Source of the DNA: Bdellovibrionales bacterium
GTDB taxonomy: Bacteria; Bdellovibrionota; Bdellovibrionia; Bdellovibrionales; JAUICD01
Direction of reading: 5' to 3'
DNA length: 64,000 bases
Assembly (NCBI GenBank): GCA_965262715.1
Contig: OZ253553.1
Location: 2,272,001 to 2,336,000 of the forward strand
Shown in pieces: positions 43,398 through 54,286 of the stretch. A program made the translations under genes and the position numbers. Numbering within the stretch: the stretch's first letter is position 1; each line of letters starts with the position of its first letter. The notes under the pieces were generated by a model. It had not been told where the DNA came from and did no database searches. It saw nothing but the letters and a program-made list of their open reading frames with translations.

Positions 43398-44897
43398 GTG
43401 GAGACAGTAATGAAAGAGGTTTTTATGAAAAGTTATGTTGTTATTGTAATGTTAAGCCTATTAGGGTTATCTCATGCAGGTGCTTCTGCTGTATTAGATT
43501 TAGAAGGTCAGTATTCTCTAGAGGGATTTTTTATAAGGAATGCTTTATTAAATAACAGTTCTTCAAAGTTTTATTTTTTACATCAATTACGTCTTAAACC
43601 TGAAATTAAAGTAACCGATGGTCTCTCTGTTCATGGAAGGTTGGATTTACTGACAAATCCTTGGACTTATAATTTTAAGTATAAAGCTGGCAGTGTGATG
43701 GGAATGAATGAAATATCTTCATCTCAATTTCAGAACAGTTTTTTTCAGCCTGGGTTAGATATCACTAATTTATATTTTAGTTGGAATAATGCATTTATAA
43801 AGCTTATGGGTGGCCGTATGCCTTTGCATTTTGGTTTAGGCCTTTTGTTTGATGAAGGAGAGGATTCTTTAGATCATTTTGCAGATTATATAGATGGTAT
43901 AGGTGTAGAGTTTAAAATAGGTAACTTAGAGATTCACCCTGTATTTGGACTATTAAGTGAAAATTTAAGTGGGGGTGTTAACGCTTATGAAATCTTGTTA
44001 CAATTACAATATGAGCTTGTAGATTCTGGACTGTTATTTAGTTTAATGTATGATACACGAATAGCTACTCAAAGTGGCAGGCAACTTTCTTATGGCCCTT
44101 TAGTTCCTGAGCCATCAAGAGATCTATACTTTCCAAGAGATAGGCCTTCTAGCCCTACCTTTCCTTTTCCTGATACAGTCAATACAGGTGTGGAAAGATG
44201 GAGCAGCCAAACTATTGGAACTTATGTTAAAAAAGACTTTTCTTTTGGAAGTATTAGTTTAGAAGCCGACTTTATTTTCAGTAGCACAGTTGGTCTTAGA
44301 GCAGACAATAATAGTGATCAGGCTTTAGAGTTTTCAGGATATGGAATAGTGGCAGAAATTGCAAGTCATCCATCTGCTTCATGGAATTGGGGATTAAAAA
44401 CAGGTTACTTGTCAGGAGATGATCCAAATACAAATCAGAGATATGAAGGATTTATTGCAAGTCGTAACTATAATGTAGGCATGTTGATGTTTAATCACGC
44501 GATAGGTTATCAAGATACAACAGGTGGTTCTTATCGTGTTTATAATCAAAATGCACAGCAATCTAGCAATGAGAATGTGACTAATTTTTATAGAGAGGAC
44601 TTGCCTGATGTTGAATACTTAACAAACGCATTATTTATTGCTCCTAGCTTAAAAAAATCTCTTTTTAAAAATGGTTACCTAACAAGCAATGTGGTATGGG
44701 CTCGGTTAGTTCAAAACTCGATATGGGCTGAAGGGACTAATCTTGGATTTGAAGTGGACTTAGGGTTTCTTTATGAAAGTAGTCGATATTTAGCTCTAGG
44801 CATTGAAGGAGGATTGCTTTTTCCAGGAGCAGGCTTTGTTGGAGAGTCAAAAAGAATGGTTTATGGTATTCAGGGGAATGTCGTTGTTTCATTTTAA
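43398..44897 (+). CDS. Putative outer-membrane beta-barrel protein; start may be 43410 or 43425
   Basis: Signal peptide, GRMPLHFGLG, alternating beta-strands, SGDD, terminal Phe. Confidence 0.75.
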   Translation: METVMKEVFMKSYVVIVMLSLLGLSHAGASAVLDLEGQYSLEGFFIRNALLNNSSSKFYFLHQLRLKPEIKVTDGLSVHGRLDLLTNPWTYNFKYKAGSVMGMNEISSSQFQNSFFQPGLDITNLYFSWNNAFIKLMGGRMPLHFGLGLLFDEGEDSLDHFADYIDGIGVEFKIGNLEIHPVFGLLSENLSGGVNAYEILLQLQYELVDSGLLFSLMYDTRIATQSGRQLSYGPLVPEPSRDLYFPRDRPSSPTFPFPDTVNTGVERWSSQTIGTYVKKDFSFGSISLEADFIFSSTVGLRADNNSDQALEFSGYGIVAEIASHPSASWNWGLKTGYLSGDDPNTNQRYEGFIASRNYNVGMLMFNHAIGYQDTTGGSYRVYNQNAQQSSNENVTNFYREDLPDVEYLTNALFIAPSLKKSLFKNGYLTSNVVWARLVQNSIWAEGTNLGFEVDLGFLYESSRYLALGIEGGLLFPGAGFVGESKRMVYGIQGNVVVSF

Positions 44898-45220
44898 TTT
44901 ATATATTATATAATATTTGGTAGTGTTGACTTTTAAGAAAAATAATATAATAATAATGTAAGACCATGAAACTGAAACATAAATTCCCTTAAAACCGTAA
45001 TATGATACAATTCAATGAGTTCTAAGCACATCTTTTGTACAAAGAAAAAAGTGGTTTAAGATAATAAATATATTTGGTCAAACAAGTAAATGTTAAATAA
45101 GAATTAATCTATAGAGCAAATAGCTTATAATAAGAGACATAAAAATTATAATTAAAGTTTTTTTTCAAGATTCATTTTTCTATCTCATATTTTTAACTCA
45201 ATAAAAAGGAGTCAGTTATT

Positions 45221-46864
45221 GTGTCAGATTCTTCTAAAGTAGAGGATGTCAAAACAGAAAGTTCTAAAACAAGCACAGGTAGTGGTAGATCAGATTCTGC
45301 ACATAAAAAAACAGAGTCAGGATCTTCTTATCGAGATAGAGGAGGAGATCGAGATCGAGATCGAGACCGAGATTATCGAGGAGATCGAGATTATCGATCT
45401 CATAGAAGCGGTGGACCTCGTAGACAGAGTGGTCCTAAAAGGCAGTCTAATAGTAATCGTAATAATCACCGCAGCAGCAGGCCATCATCTTACAGGAGAT
45501 TTGAACCTCACAGCAGTACAAATGCAGGAGATGAGTCTGGAGTTCATGCTCCACCTGAATTGACAGAAGAGCAAATAGAGAAAATCAAAAATTCTTTAAC
45601 AGAAGATGAGAAAAAATCGCTTAATTCCAAAGATTTGAAATCTAAAAAAATTGAGGCATTAACTGATTTGGCGGTAAAGCTACAGATAGAGCATGCAGCT
45701 GGCCTGCGTCGTCAAGACCTAGTTTTTGAAGTGCTAAAACGTGCCGCTCGATTTGGGGATATTTTTGGTAACGGTGTTCTTGAGATTTTACCAGATAGCT
45801 ATGGTTTTTTACGTTCACCTGATTATAACTATTTACCTGGGCCAGATGATATTTATGTGAGTCCTTCACAGATCAGACGTTTTGGATTGAGAACGGGTGA
45901 TACTATTGCCGGTACTGTACGGCCTCCTAAGGACAATGAACATTACTTTGCATTGTTAAAGGTAGATACTCTTAACAAAGAGCCTTTAGAGCAATTTAAA
46001 GATAAAATTCTTTTTGATAATTTAACTCCTCTTTATCCTGATGAGAGATTGAGATTAGAACACAATCCTTCAAATTACACCACTCGTATTGTTGATATGA
46101 TGGCTCCATTAGGAAAGGGTCAAAGGGCTCTTATTGTAGCTCCTCCAAGGACAGGTAAAACTGTTTTATTGCAAGATGTCGCTAATGCCATTTCTATCAA
46201 TCAGCCAGAGGCTTTTTTGATTGTGTTATTGATTGATGAAAGGCCAGAGGAAGTTACAGATATGTCTCGCAATGTTAAAGGAGAGGTGATCAGCTCTACA
46301 TTTGATGAACCACCGACAAGACATATTCAAGTTGCAGAAATGGTACTTGAAAAAGCTAAAAGGTTAGTGGAGCACAAGCATGATGTTGTGATTCTTTTAG
46401 ATTCTATCACTCGTCTTGCAAGGGCTTATAATACAGTAGTTCCACCGTCTGGTAAGATTTTATCTGGGGGTGTAGATTCAAATGCTCTTCATAAACCAAA
46501 GAGGTTTTTTGGAGCAGCTAGAAACATTGAAGAAGGCGGTAGCTTGACCATTGTAGCAACAGCTTTGATTGACACAGGCTCACGCATGGATGAGTTGATC
46601 TTTGAAGAGTTTAAGGGTACAGGTAATGCTGAGATAAACTTAGACAGAAAGCTTATGGAAAAGCGTATCTTTCCTTGTATGGACATCAATAAATCTGGCA
46701 CAAGAAAAGAGGATTTACTTTTAGATAATAATTTACTGCAAAAACTTTGGATTTTAAGAAAAGTTTTAGCTCCTATGAATGTTGTGGATAGCATAGAATT
46801 TCTTTTAAAGAAGTTGCAGAGCACAAAAACCAATGAAGAGTTTATTGCCAGCATGAACTCTTAA
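45221..46864 (+). CDS. rho: Transcription termination factor Rho with low-complexity N-terminal extension
   Basis: [50 protein letters not shown]. Confidence 0.99.
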   Translation: MSDSSKVEDVKTESSKTSTGSGRSDSAHKKTESGSSYRDRGGDRDRDRDRDYRGDRDYRSHRSGGPRRQSGPKRQSNSNRNNHRSSRPSSYRRFEPHSSTNAGDESGVHAPPELTEEQIEKIKNSLTEDEKKSLNSKDLKSKKIEALTDLAVKLQIEHAAGLRRQDLVFEVLKRAARFGDIFGNGVLEILPDSYGFLRSPDYNYLPGPDDIYVSPSQIRRFGLRTGDTIAGTVRPPKDNEHYFALLKVDTLNKEPLEQFKDKILFDNLTPLYPDERLRLEHNPSNYTTRIVDMMAPLGKGQRALIVAPPRTGKTVLLQDVANAISINQPEAFLIVLLIDERPEEVTDMSRNVKGEVISSTFDEPPTRHIQVAEMVLEKAKRLVEHKHDVVILLDSITRLARAYNTVVPPSGKILSGGVDSNALHKPKRFFGAARNIEEGGSLTIVATALIDTGSRMDELIFEEFKGTGNAEINLDRKLMEKRIFPCMDINKSGTRKEDLLLDNNLLQKLWILRKVLAPMNVVDSIEFLLKKLQSTKTNEEFIASMNS

Positions 46865-46943
46865 TCTTTTATTGATCAAACAGTTTTTAATATACTAAAA
46901 ACATATTAAAAAGAGCCTAAAAATTTTTATAACACATAACACA

Positions 46944-47033
46944 AACATTTTAGGCCAAAGCCTCAAAGTCCTCGATTAAGCTGCTTGGTAGCAGCTTAAT
47001 CTGCGGAAGATCTCGTCTTTGGCCTAAAATATT
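46944..47033. repeat. Palindromic structured element, copy B
   Basis: 16/17-bp outer stem, same core as 43127-43225 with compensatory changes. Confidence 0.75.
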
Positions 47034-47141
47034 AGTTTTTGACCTAAATAGATTGAATGGTATATTGAGGAAAAATTTCATAAAAATAAATACTTTTTAA
47101 AGTTTGGAAAATGGCATGACCGAAATAACTGAAAAAATATT

Positions 47142-48177
47142 TGGTTCATAACTAGTTGAGTTGACTTTTAGAGGAGTTAACTTATTGTTATGACTATGAA
47201 AAACAAGTATTTTGTCCGTTCCCACATTTCTGAGAAGAGATTTAGAGAAATTATACGTTATTTTTCAATAGATTTAACAGCTACTCAGATATCATCTTTA
47301 ACAGGTCTTAATATAAATACTGCTAATAGTATCTTGATGAAACTTCGTAAGAGAATAGCTGAATTTTGTGAAAAAGAAAGTGTATTTTCAAAAGGAGAAG
47401 TTGAGATTGATGAAAGCTACTTTGGAGCTAAGAGATTACGTGGAAAGAGAGGAAGAGGAGCAAGAGGAAAGGCTATTGTTTTTGGATTAAAAAAAAGAAA
47501 TGGTAAGTCTATACTCAGGTGATCAGCAACTGCTCTCAGAGCATCCTCCTGCTCATTATAAGTGACAGGATAGGTAAAGGCATCTACTGTGTACACAGAT
47601 GGCTTTAAATCCTATGATAGCCTTGTAAGTATGGGCTATAAGAAGCACTACCGTGTTCATCATGGTAAGAATGAATTTGCTAAGAAAGAGAAGATAGAAA
47701 GCAAAGGTAAGAAACTTCAAGTGAGAAATCATATTAACGGCATAGAAAACTTCTGGGGCATTTCTAAGGTAAGGCTTTCTAAGTTTAGAGGCATGAATAA
47801 AAAAACATTTTATTTACACCTTAAAGAATGTGAATTTAGATTTAATTATAAGAGTAAGGTGTACCCAATGTTGTTAAGTATGTTGAGAGAGGATCCTTTA
47901 AGATAAGGCCTAAGAGAGTGCCACTTAAAGGAGACCTTTAAAAGTCTCTAGGTGGCACTCTCTTAGGCAAAAATAGGCTTGTAAGTTGTAGTGACATCTG
48001 CTAAAAGATGAACTTAAGTGAAATGAGTTTTTATAATTTTTCGATGCTGAACACAATGTTTATATAAGATTTTCTTATAATAAACCAGGTCTAAAAAGGG
48101 ATAATTACAAGGTGTTTTAATGCAATTTGACTTAACTATTTTGATAACGAAAAGACCTCTCAACTAGTTATGAACCT
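47142..48177 (+). mobile_element. IS1595-family insertion sequence (1,036 bp)
   Basis: Perfect 18-bp inverted repeats GGTTCATAACTAGTTGAG (47143-47160 / 48159-48176); 8-bp target duplication AAAATATT (47134-47141, 48178-48185). Confidence 0.9.
47190..47906 (+). pseudogene. ISXO2-like IS1595 transposase disrupted by two compensating frameshifts
   Basis: VEIDESYFG, YTDG, HINGIENFW, LKECEFRFN; linker VYTQVISNCS lies in a different frame at ~47508-47580. Confidence 0.85.
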
Positions 48178-48697
48178 AAAATATTCTCTCTATGATGTGT
48201 TTAGAGATAAATTAGAAAGAGAGATTTTTTCTGGTCGTAGAGATTCTCGGTTTCAAGTTGTAAGAAAAATGAGACTTGCTATTATCGCAGCTTTTCCAGA
48301 GACCTTTTTAGATTTTGTTAAAGGAGAAGCTGTAGACGCTGGTGATGATAATAAAAGAATTTTGGGATTAGAAACTAATGAACAACGCCGTAGGGTTATC
48401 AATAAAATCATTGAAGAACTAGATAATGTAGCACGTGAGATAGATCAAGAGCAAGAGGTTCGAAAACATGAAAGAATTAGAAGAATCATGGAACTTGTAG
48501 AAGGTGGTAGTAATATAGATGAAATAAGTGCAAGTGTAAGTGCACAAGATATGGAAACCTTAAGGACAATTGATGGTAGATTACCTAAGAATAGTGAAGG
48601 AGGAGATCATCTTAGGAATAGTATACTTAAAGGTCGATTATCCCAAATCATCAAAGAACTTAATATAGATGGTTTAACTCCATTCCGTTATCTTTGA
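48170..48697 (+). CDS. Hypothetical protein; predicted ATG lies inside the IS1595 right inverted repeat
   Basis: 175-aa ORF; may be a gene fragment. Confidence 0.45.
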   Translation: MNLKYSLYDVFRDKLEREIFSGRRDSRFQVVRKMRLAIIAAFPETFLDFVKGEAVDAGDDNKRILGLETNEQRRRVINKIIEELDNVAREIDQEQEVRKHERIRRIMELVEGGSNIDEISASVSAQDMETLRTIDGRLPKNSEGGDHLRNSILKGRLSQIIKELNIDGLTPFRYL

Positions 48698-49264
48698 TTA
48701 GCTGGTTGTAACTGATGAAAGTAAAGCTGTGTCTAGTTGACCCTTTTTAATATTTCCAATCACTATAAATTAAATTCAAAAACTTATTTTAGAAGCTTAA
48801 TATATTAATTTGAACTAGTTCACTCAAAATAAACCAACCTCTCGAGGCAAGCCTCTGGTTGCTTTCTGGCAATGAAATAGATGCGAAAATTCAAGTTACA
48901 GATGCCGGATATTTTGATTCCGTGTACAGTATGCCAGGTCCCGGAAAAAAGGATGCTTAAGTAGTTATGAACCTAAATTTATGTAATTTTTATATCTTAT
49001 TGTAAAAATTACATGATGAGGATTGTTTTTGTTTTAAATAAAAATCTTTTTGGAAAGAAAAGATATTAATTTTTATTTTTAAATCATAACTCTTGTATAA
49101 GTAAAGGTTTTTAAAAGTAAATAAAATTAATGATTTATTAGCTTATTCATAAATGGATATTACTTAAACTTCATTTATTGTTTGTATTAATTGAAATCTT
49201 TGATTCAAGTTATTGAGGAATTTTATTTGGCTTAAGTATTGCATAATATTAAAGAAAGGCTCTC

Positions 49265-50815
49265 ATGAAAAAAATAAAATTTTTATTTTTTGTAATTATT
49301 TTACAGTGTTCTTCTTTATATGCAGATGCAAATCTACAAGCTTATGTAGAATCCGTATCTTATGAGAAAGGAGAGCTTCTTTGTTATAGTGTTGCTTACC
49401 CTCTTTATCTTCAGATACAGTCTGGGAGAATATTCTCTGGTCCTCCTATAAGTTCACGTCAGCACTTATTTTGGAGAGATGTTAAGTATAGAAGAGCTAT
49501 GCTGGAATGGATGTTTTTAGCAAAAGATGCATTTGAAATGTCTTTGGGCTCTAGAGCAGATGAATCGCTTGCAACGTTATATGCGCAATACCCTATGTAT
49601 CTTGTAGCTTCAGAAGGATTTCAACACGCTATCGAAGATTGCTCAAAAAAATACTATCCGAAAGGTGCAGTATATAATGAAATGGAGCCTAAAGAATATG
49701 AAGATTTTTTACAAAATCAAATAAGAGAAATGGTTTTATTTTCCAATAAATATATTGATATGACTGCAAGAGTTGTAGCTGTGGAAGTTTCTGCTATTGT
49801 TGGGTTATTTAGAGTTATAAGAGGTTTGTGGAGAGGCATAAAATGGCTTTATAGAATAACAGGAAATGGTTATAGGCACTTAAGAGGAATCACATCTACT
49901 CAAACTGCTATCCTGCAAACGCAGAAACAGCAGTTTGAATCTATGACAAGAAGCTTTTTTCATTTTACAAGAGGTGAAATTGCTTTAGGATTAGTGCCTC
50001 TTTTAGGTATGAGTCGTCAAGTTAGTGTAAATGTAAGCGCGCATTATGAAAGTGTACAAGAGGAAGTCTTTGAACAAGAGATCAGGGATCGTCCTAGTAC
50101 AAGGCTTTCACCTCTACCTGAAAGATTGTTCCATCATCGTATCGATGAAAGTTTATACACAAGGTTGGAAGTATGGTGGAATACAAAAATTGAAGACTAT
50201 CGTGTTTTGTTGATTCAAAAAGGATTGGATGTTCAAAGATTAGAAGTTCAAACAACTTCAGAAACTCATCTTCAAAGTGCAGAATTTTATATTGCTCTCA
50301 ATGAATATAGGGTATGGGTGGATATGTATTTAGTAGATTATTGGTTAGTAAAAGGAGTAGTGGAGTGGTTTCGTAAAGAGATTGCAGAAAATCAGGTTAT
50401 CTTATTTCATCATAGAAGGTCTTATGAAATTCTAAGAATGACTCTTCAAGTTCTAGAACTAAGAAAAGGACAATTAGAAAAACGTATGGAAGAGTTAGAA
50501 AATGGCCATGCTGTTAATGTGAATTATGATTTAGAACACTTAAAAACCATTTTTACTATTATAGATCAATCTAGAGATTCTCGCTACTCACCTTACAATA
50601 TACTTAATTACTTGCCTTATGGGTATTGTCTCAGTATGGAGGATTATAGGAGGTTTGTTTTTACAGATATGTCTGACAGAGAAATTTCAGAAATGCAAGA
50701 ATGGCAACTTTGTCGGCTTCATAAACTGCAAACAACCAGGCGTCTTGGTAAGGAGTTAAATGATTTTGAGGAGAGGGAATTTAGACAAATACTTCAAATG
50801 GTGAGAGAACTTTAA
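49265..50815 (+). CDS. Hypothetical exported helical protein
   Basis: 516-aa ORF with signal peptide; no recognisable motif. Confidence 0.7.
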   Translation: MKKIKFLFFVIILQCSSLYADANLQAYVESVSYEKGELLCYSVAYPLYLQIQSGRIFSGPPISSRQHLFWRDVKYRRAMLEWMFLAKDAFEMSLGSRADESLATLYAQYPMYLVASEGFQHAIEDCSKKYYPKGAVYNEMEPKEYEDFLQNQIREMVLFSNKYIDMTARVVAVEVSAIVGLFRVIRGLWRGIKWLYRITGNGYRHLRGITSTQTAILQTQKQQFESMTRSFFHFTRGEIALGLVPLLGMSRQVSVNVSAHYESVQEEVFEQEIRDRPSTRLSPLPERLFHHRIDESLYTRLEVWWNTKIEDYRVLLIQKGLDVQRLEVQTTSETHLQSAEFYIALNEYRVWVDMYLVDYWLVKGVVEWFRKEIAENQVILFHHRRSYEILRMTLQVLELRKGQLEKRMEELENGHAVNVNYDLEHLKTIFTIIDQSRDSRYSPYNILNYLPYGYCLSMEDYRRFVFTDMSDREISEMQEWQLCRLHKLQTTRRLGKELNDFEEREFRQILQMVREL

Positions 50816-50986
50816 TTTGTCAATGAAGTCTAAAATAAGCTAGGCTTTTCTTATAAATTCATATAGAGCTTGATATTTGTTACTTGATAGAATAAATATA
50901 TCTTTTATTTGATAAAATTTGCTAAGGTATATTGTTCTTTGTAAAAAATCGCAATAATATTTAATGCATCAAAGAGATTTTATCTT

Positions 50987-51925
50987 ATGTTATTTGAAGG
51001 TACAGAAAAGAAGTTAGAATTTTTTATTTCAAAGGATGTTAAGTCTCTTAGAGACTTTGATCCATCTGTATGGGAAAATGTGGTCAAAATATCAAAAGCT
51101 CAAATTATATCATCTTTGCATAATGATTATTGTACAGCTCATTTATTGTCTGAATCTTCTTTATTTATTTATGATAACTTTTTAACAATGATCACCTGTG
51201 GAAATACATCCTTAGTTGATGCTGCATTTGAAATTTTAAAGTTTGTTCCTAAAGATAAAATCCTTTCTTTTTTCTATGAACGTAAAAATCCCATATTTCC
51301 TAACAAACAGTCTACAAGTTTTTATGATGATATAAAGAAACTAAAAAAACATTTTAATGGAGCAGCTTATAGATTTGGAGATTTAACAGAACATCATATT
51401 TGTCTTTTTCATAAAAATGTTGAAGGTGTATTAAATCTTCAGGATATGACTTTTGAAATTCTTATGCATGAAATAGATGACAGCGTTAAAAATCTTTTTT
51501 GTTCAGGGAAAGATGTAAGACCTTCTTTAAAATTACTTGGTGTTTATGATCTCTTTGCTGCAGATTTTCAAATTGACGATTATTTTTTTCAACCTTATGG
51601 ATATTCTTTAAATGCAATAAGGAAAGATGAGTATTATACCTTTCATGTTACTCCAGGAGATTTAGGGTCTTATGTGAGTTTTGAAACAAATCATAGATTC
51701 ACAAATGACTATCAAGAAACTATTGAAAAAATTTTGAATATATTTAAACCTAAATTATTTGATGTCTTTCAGTTTCAAATTACAGATAATCCAAGTGTGA
51801 ACAGCTTGTATTTGCCTAAGAGAAGAGTGCGTAAAAAGTTGAACTTTGGTTATGACGTTCAATTTTATAACTTCTATAAAAAGCAAAATGGATTTCTAGA
51901 GCCATTTCCAATTTCACTAGACTGA
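50987..51925 (+). CDS. Eukaryote-type pyruvoyl-dependent S-adenosylmethionine decarboxylase
   Basis: FEGTEKKLE, LSESSLF autocleavage site, TCG.T, F.PYGYSLN, HVTP, SYVSFETN. Confidence 0.88.
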   Translation: MLFEGTEKKLEFFISKDVKSLRDFDPSVWENVVKISKAQIISSLHNDYCTAHLLSESSLFIYDNFLTMITCGNTSLVDAAFEILKFVPKDKILSFFYERKNPIFPNKQSTSFYDDIKKLKKHFNGAAYRFGDLTEHHICLFHKNVEGVLNLQDMTFEILMHEIDDSVKNLFCSGKDVRPSLKLLGVYDLFAADFQIDDYFFQPYGYSLNAIRKDEYYTFHVTPGDLGSYVSFETNHRFTNDYQETIEKILNIFKPKLFDVFQFQITDNPSVNSLYLPKRRVRKKLNFGYDVQFYNFYKKQNGFLEPFPISLD

Positions 51926-52228
51926 TCTTTTTACGGGGAGCATGCTTGAGCTTGCTAAAGAATAATCTTTTTGAGGAATGTTTTCTTGTATACATCGATC
52001 GATATTAATATTTAATTTAATCTTTGCTTCTTCTATAACATCTATTGCTGTTTGAGTGCTAGAGAGAAAATTAGCAGAGGAATTATTGATTATGAAATCG
52101 TTAAAACCTTGCTCAAGTTCCTCAAGTTGTTGATGAATACGATTTAAACTGTCAGCGATCCTATCTTGTGTTTTTTGTGCACATTTAAAATCAGAACCAA
52201 ACATATTTAAAGTGATAAACATATCCAT
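51917..52228 (-). CDS. Hypothetical protein, possibly frameshifted 3' half of 52249-52572
   Basis: Coiled-coil-like ORF starting 20 nt after the upstream stop. Confidence 0.4.
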   Translation of the reverse strand: MDMFITLNMFGSDFKCAQKTQDRIADSLNRIHQQLEELEQGFNDFIINNSSANFLSSTQTAIDVIEEAKIKLNINIDRCIQENIPQKDYSLASSSMLPVKRSV

Positions 52229-52248
52229 AACATAGATTTTAGTATTTG

Positions 52249-52572
52249 TTATAAAGCATGAGAGATATCTCTAATTTCTGCAATATTATCAATGTATGTA
52301 GAGTCTTCTGTTTCTTCTTTCGTGTACAAATCAGGAGAGCCATAAGAGTCAGAGTAGGGGCTAGAAGAATCAGGAGGGTCAATGGAGTTAGTAGAATCAA
52401 TAGGTGGCTCGTAAGAAAAATCAGAGTCAATGGAACTAGTAGAGTCAGAAGGTTCATAAGAATTGTCAGGGTTGTAATACTCATAAAAATATTCTGGTTC
52501 TTCAACACATCCTGTGATTATTAATAATGTAGTTATTATCAAGCTTTTATAAGTGTTTTTAATTAATTTCAT
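52249..52572 (-). CDS. Ser/Asp-rich lipoprotein
   Basis: AAGGA ribosome binding site, ITGC lipobox, internal short repeats. Confidence 0.65.
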   Translation of the reverse strand: MKLIKNTYKSLIITTLLIITGCVEEPEYFYEYYNPDNSYEPSDSTSSIDSDFSYEPPIDSTNSIDPPDSSSPYSDSYGSPDLYTKEETEDSTYIDNIAEIRDISHAL

Positions 52573-52747
52573 ATTTTTGTTCCTTTTTTAGGTGAACACT
52601 TAAGATATTGTCAAATTTGGCGTTAAATATTTTAGAATAAATTAGATTCTTAACTTATGTTATGTGAAACTTAAAAGCTGCATTTTAAGCTAAGTCTATT
52701 CTTTTAAAATATATAAGAACCTTACTTTCTACCTATGCTTTTTTAAT

Positions 52748-53246
52748 TTATTTTTTCCACCCATCACTTTCTTTGTCTTCATATCTCCAATCAGGTTTTT
52801 GGTTTTCATATTGGACTTCTTCATAATGAATTTCATAATTATTATCCATGCCAACTGGAGCTCTGTTTAGTTTGCAGTTTTCTGTTCTTAAATCAATAAC
52901 TTGTGCTCTTAAATTGTTTAGTCTCATTTCGAATAACGTGAAATAAGCTTCTGAACTATCATTAAAAAACTCTAAGGCATTTTCTCTCAATTCTTCTCTT
53001 AGAAGTATAACTCCATCTTTGATATCTAATGCTTCTATATAAGAGTGGTTATTGCAAACGAAGGGAGAGGTTTTTCGTTCTACTAAAGTGTCTACTTTAT
53101 AAAGAAGTATTTTAATGTCGTTCTAAATCAACAAGAATGGTGTCTACAGGAGGATCTTCAGAATAACTATATACTTCTTTAGAGAAGCCTGTGATGAATA
53201 AAGTAGTGATGATTGTAAAAAAAATAAAGTTTTTAAATAATTTCAT
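52748..53246 (-). pseudogene. Frameshifted lipoprotein-like gene related to 52249-52572
   Basis: AGGAG + MKLFKNFIFFTIITTLFITGF (Phe where the paralog has lipobox Cys); frame change near 53120 joins ORF 52748-52990. Confidence 0.55.
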
Positions 53247-53517
53247 ATTGTTCTCCTTATATAATTCAACACCATAAAATAGCAATACTTATACCAATTA
53301 GAAGTAAAGTCATTTAATAAGTTTTTAAAGCTTGTTTGATTAATTATTAGAGTTATAGACTCTTATTTTTTGTCTTTAGAAGGGCTTTTTGAAATAGTAA
53401 CCTCAACAGAAAAAGATGTAATGTTGGTAGAAATTACAAGCTTTAAAAAGATTATTGAAAATTTTACACTATAAACTAGATGGAACTTTATAAATGATTA
53501 ATTCTAATTAGAAAGAT

Positions 53518-53594
<77 letters not shown>

Positions 53595-53605
53595 ACAGTA
53601 ACCAC

Positions 53606-53634
53606 GTTCTAATCAAATTTGATGCAGTAGTCAA
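53606..53634 (-). promoter_or_regulatory. Sigma70-type promoter of tRNA-fMet
   Basis: TTGACT-17 nt-TAGAAC on minus strand, 11 nt upstream of the tRNA. Confidence 0.55.
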
Positions 53635-53693
53635 GGATATTAGTTATTTTACCACAAAAATGACCCTACAAATTCTCAAAGAGGACTTAGTAG

Positions 53694-54227
53694 TTATTTA
53701 GCACTCTCTTTTATAAAACGGCTTAAATAATACCTTACCAGATAAGATATATCAACAGTTTGATTTCTATGAGTCCATTGCAATTGACCAAAAGAACCCC
53801 ATTTAGCTTCTAAAATATCTTCATTTGTTGTGTTTTGCAGCTTAGTGGCCTGTCCATCTTTGGGATCTTTAGGCATAATGCTTGTTGTTTGATAGGAAAA
53901 ACAAATTCTTATAGCTCCCGGTTTTTTCATAGAAAACAATAGTTTATAGCCATTTCGAAAAAGCATGAAATCAGATTCTGTATTAGAAATACCATAAATC
54001 TTAACACCTCCCACAGTTAATCCACGCATTTGATTAAATAGAGAAGCAGAATCAATAAATAAATTCTTGATATCTAGTAAAAATTTTGTAGTTTCTTGCT
54101 TGAGATTTTTATCATCAAACCCTGTTGATATATCAAGCATGCCAGTTTCTTCAATTTTACGCTCAGCACTGACAAGATCTTTAATCCAATCCATTTCACC
54201 ACCCCCTTGTTGACCATTTATCTTCAT
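53694..54227 (-). CDS. Hypothetical protein; start may be 54194
   Basis: Long ORF; SD-like GGGGGTG precedes the MDWIKDLV start. Confidence 0.7.
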   Translation of the reverse strand: MKINGQQGGGEMDWIKDLVSAERKIEETGMLDISTGFDDKNLKQETTKFLLDIKNLFIDSASLFNQMRGLTVGGVKIYGISNTESDFMLFRNGYKLLFSMKKPGAIRICFSYQTTSIMPKDPKDGQATKLQNTTNEDILEAKWGSFGQLQWTHRNQTVDISYLVRYYLSRFIKESAK

Positions 54228-54286
54228 TTTTCACTAATTCAATTCAAATATCAAGGTTTTAGAATAAAAACAGTTGGGCTTTCAAG

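Noticed and set aside
45246..45563. Alternative-frame ORF in rho with (IE)n tract
   Set aside because: By-product of the GAGATC repeat inside rho; no independent evidence
47488..47590. Programmed frameshift in the IS1595 transposase at the A-run
   Set aside because: The two ORFs are in the same frame and need two opposite shifts around stops; decay or sequencing error fits better
52239..52524. Two further ORFs overlapping the Ser/Asp-rich lipoprotein
   Set aside because: Frame and antisense shadows of low-complexity sequence; only 52249-52572 has a ribosome binding site and lipobox
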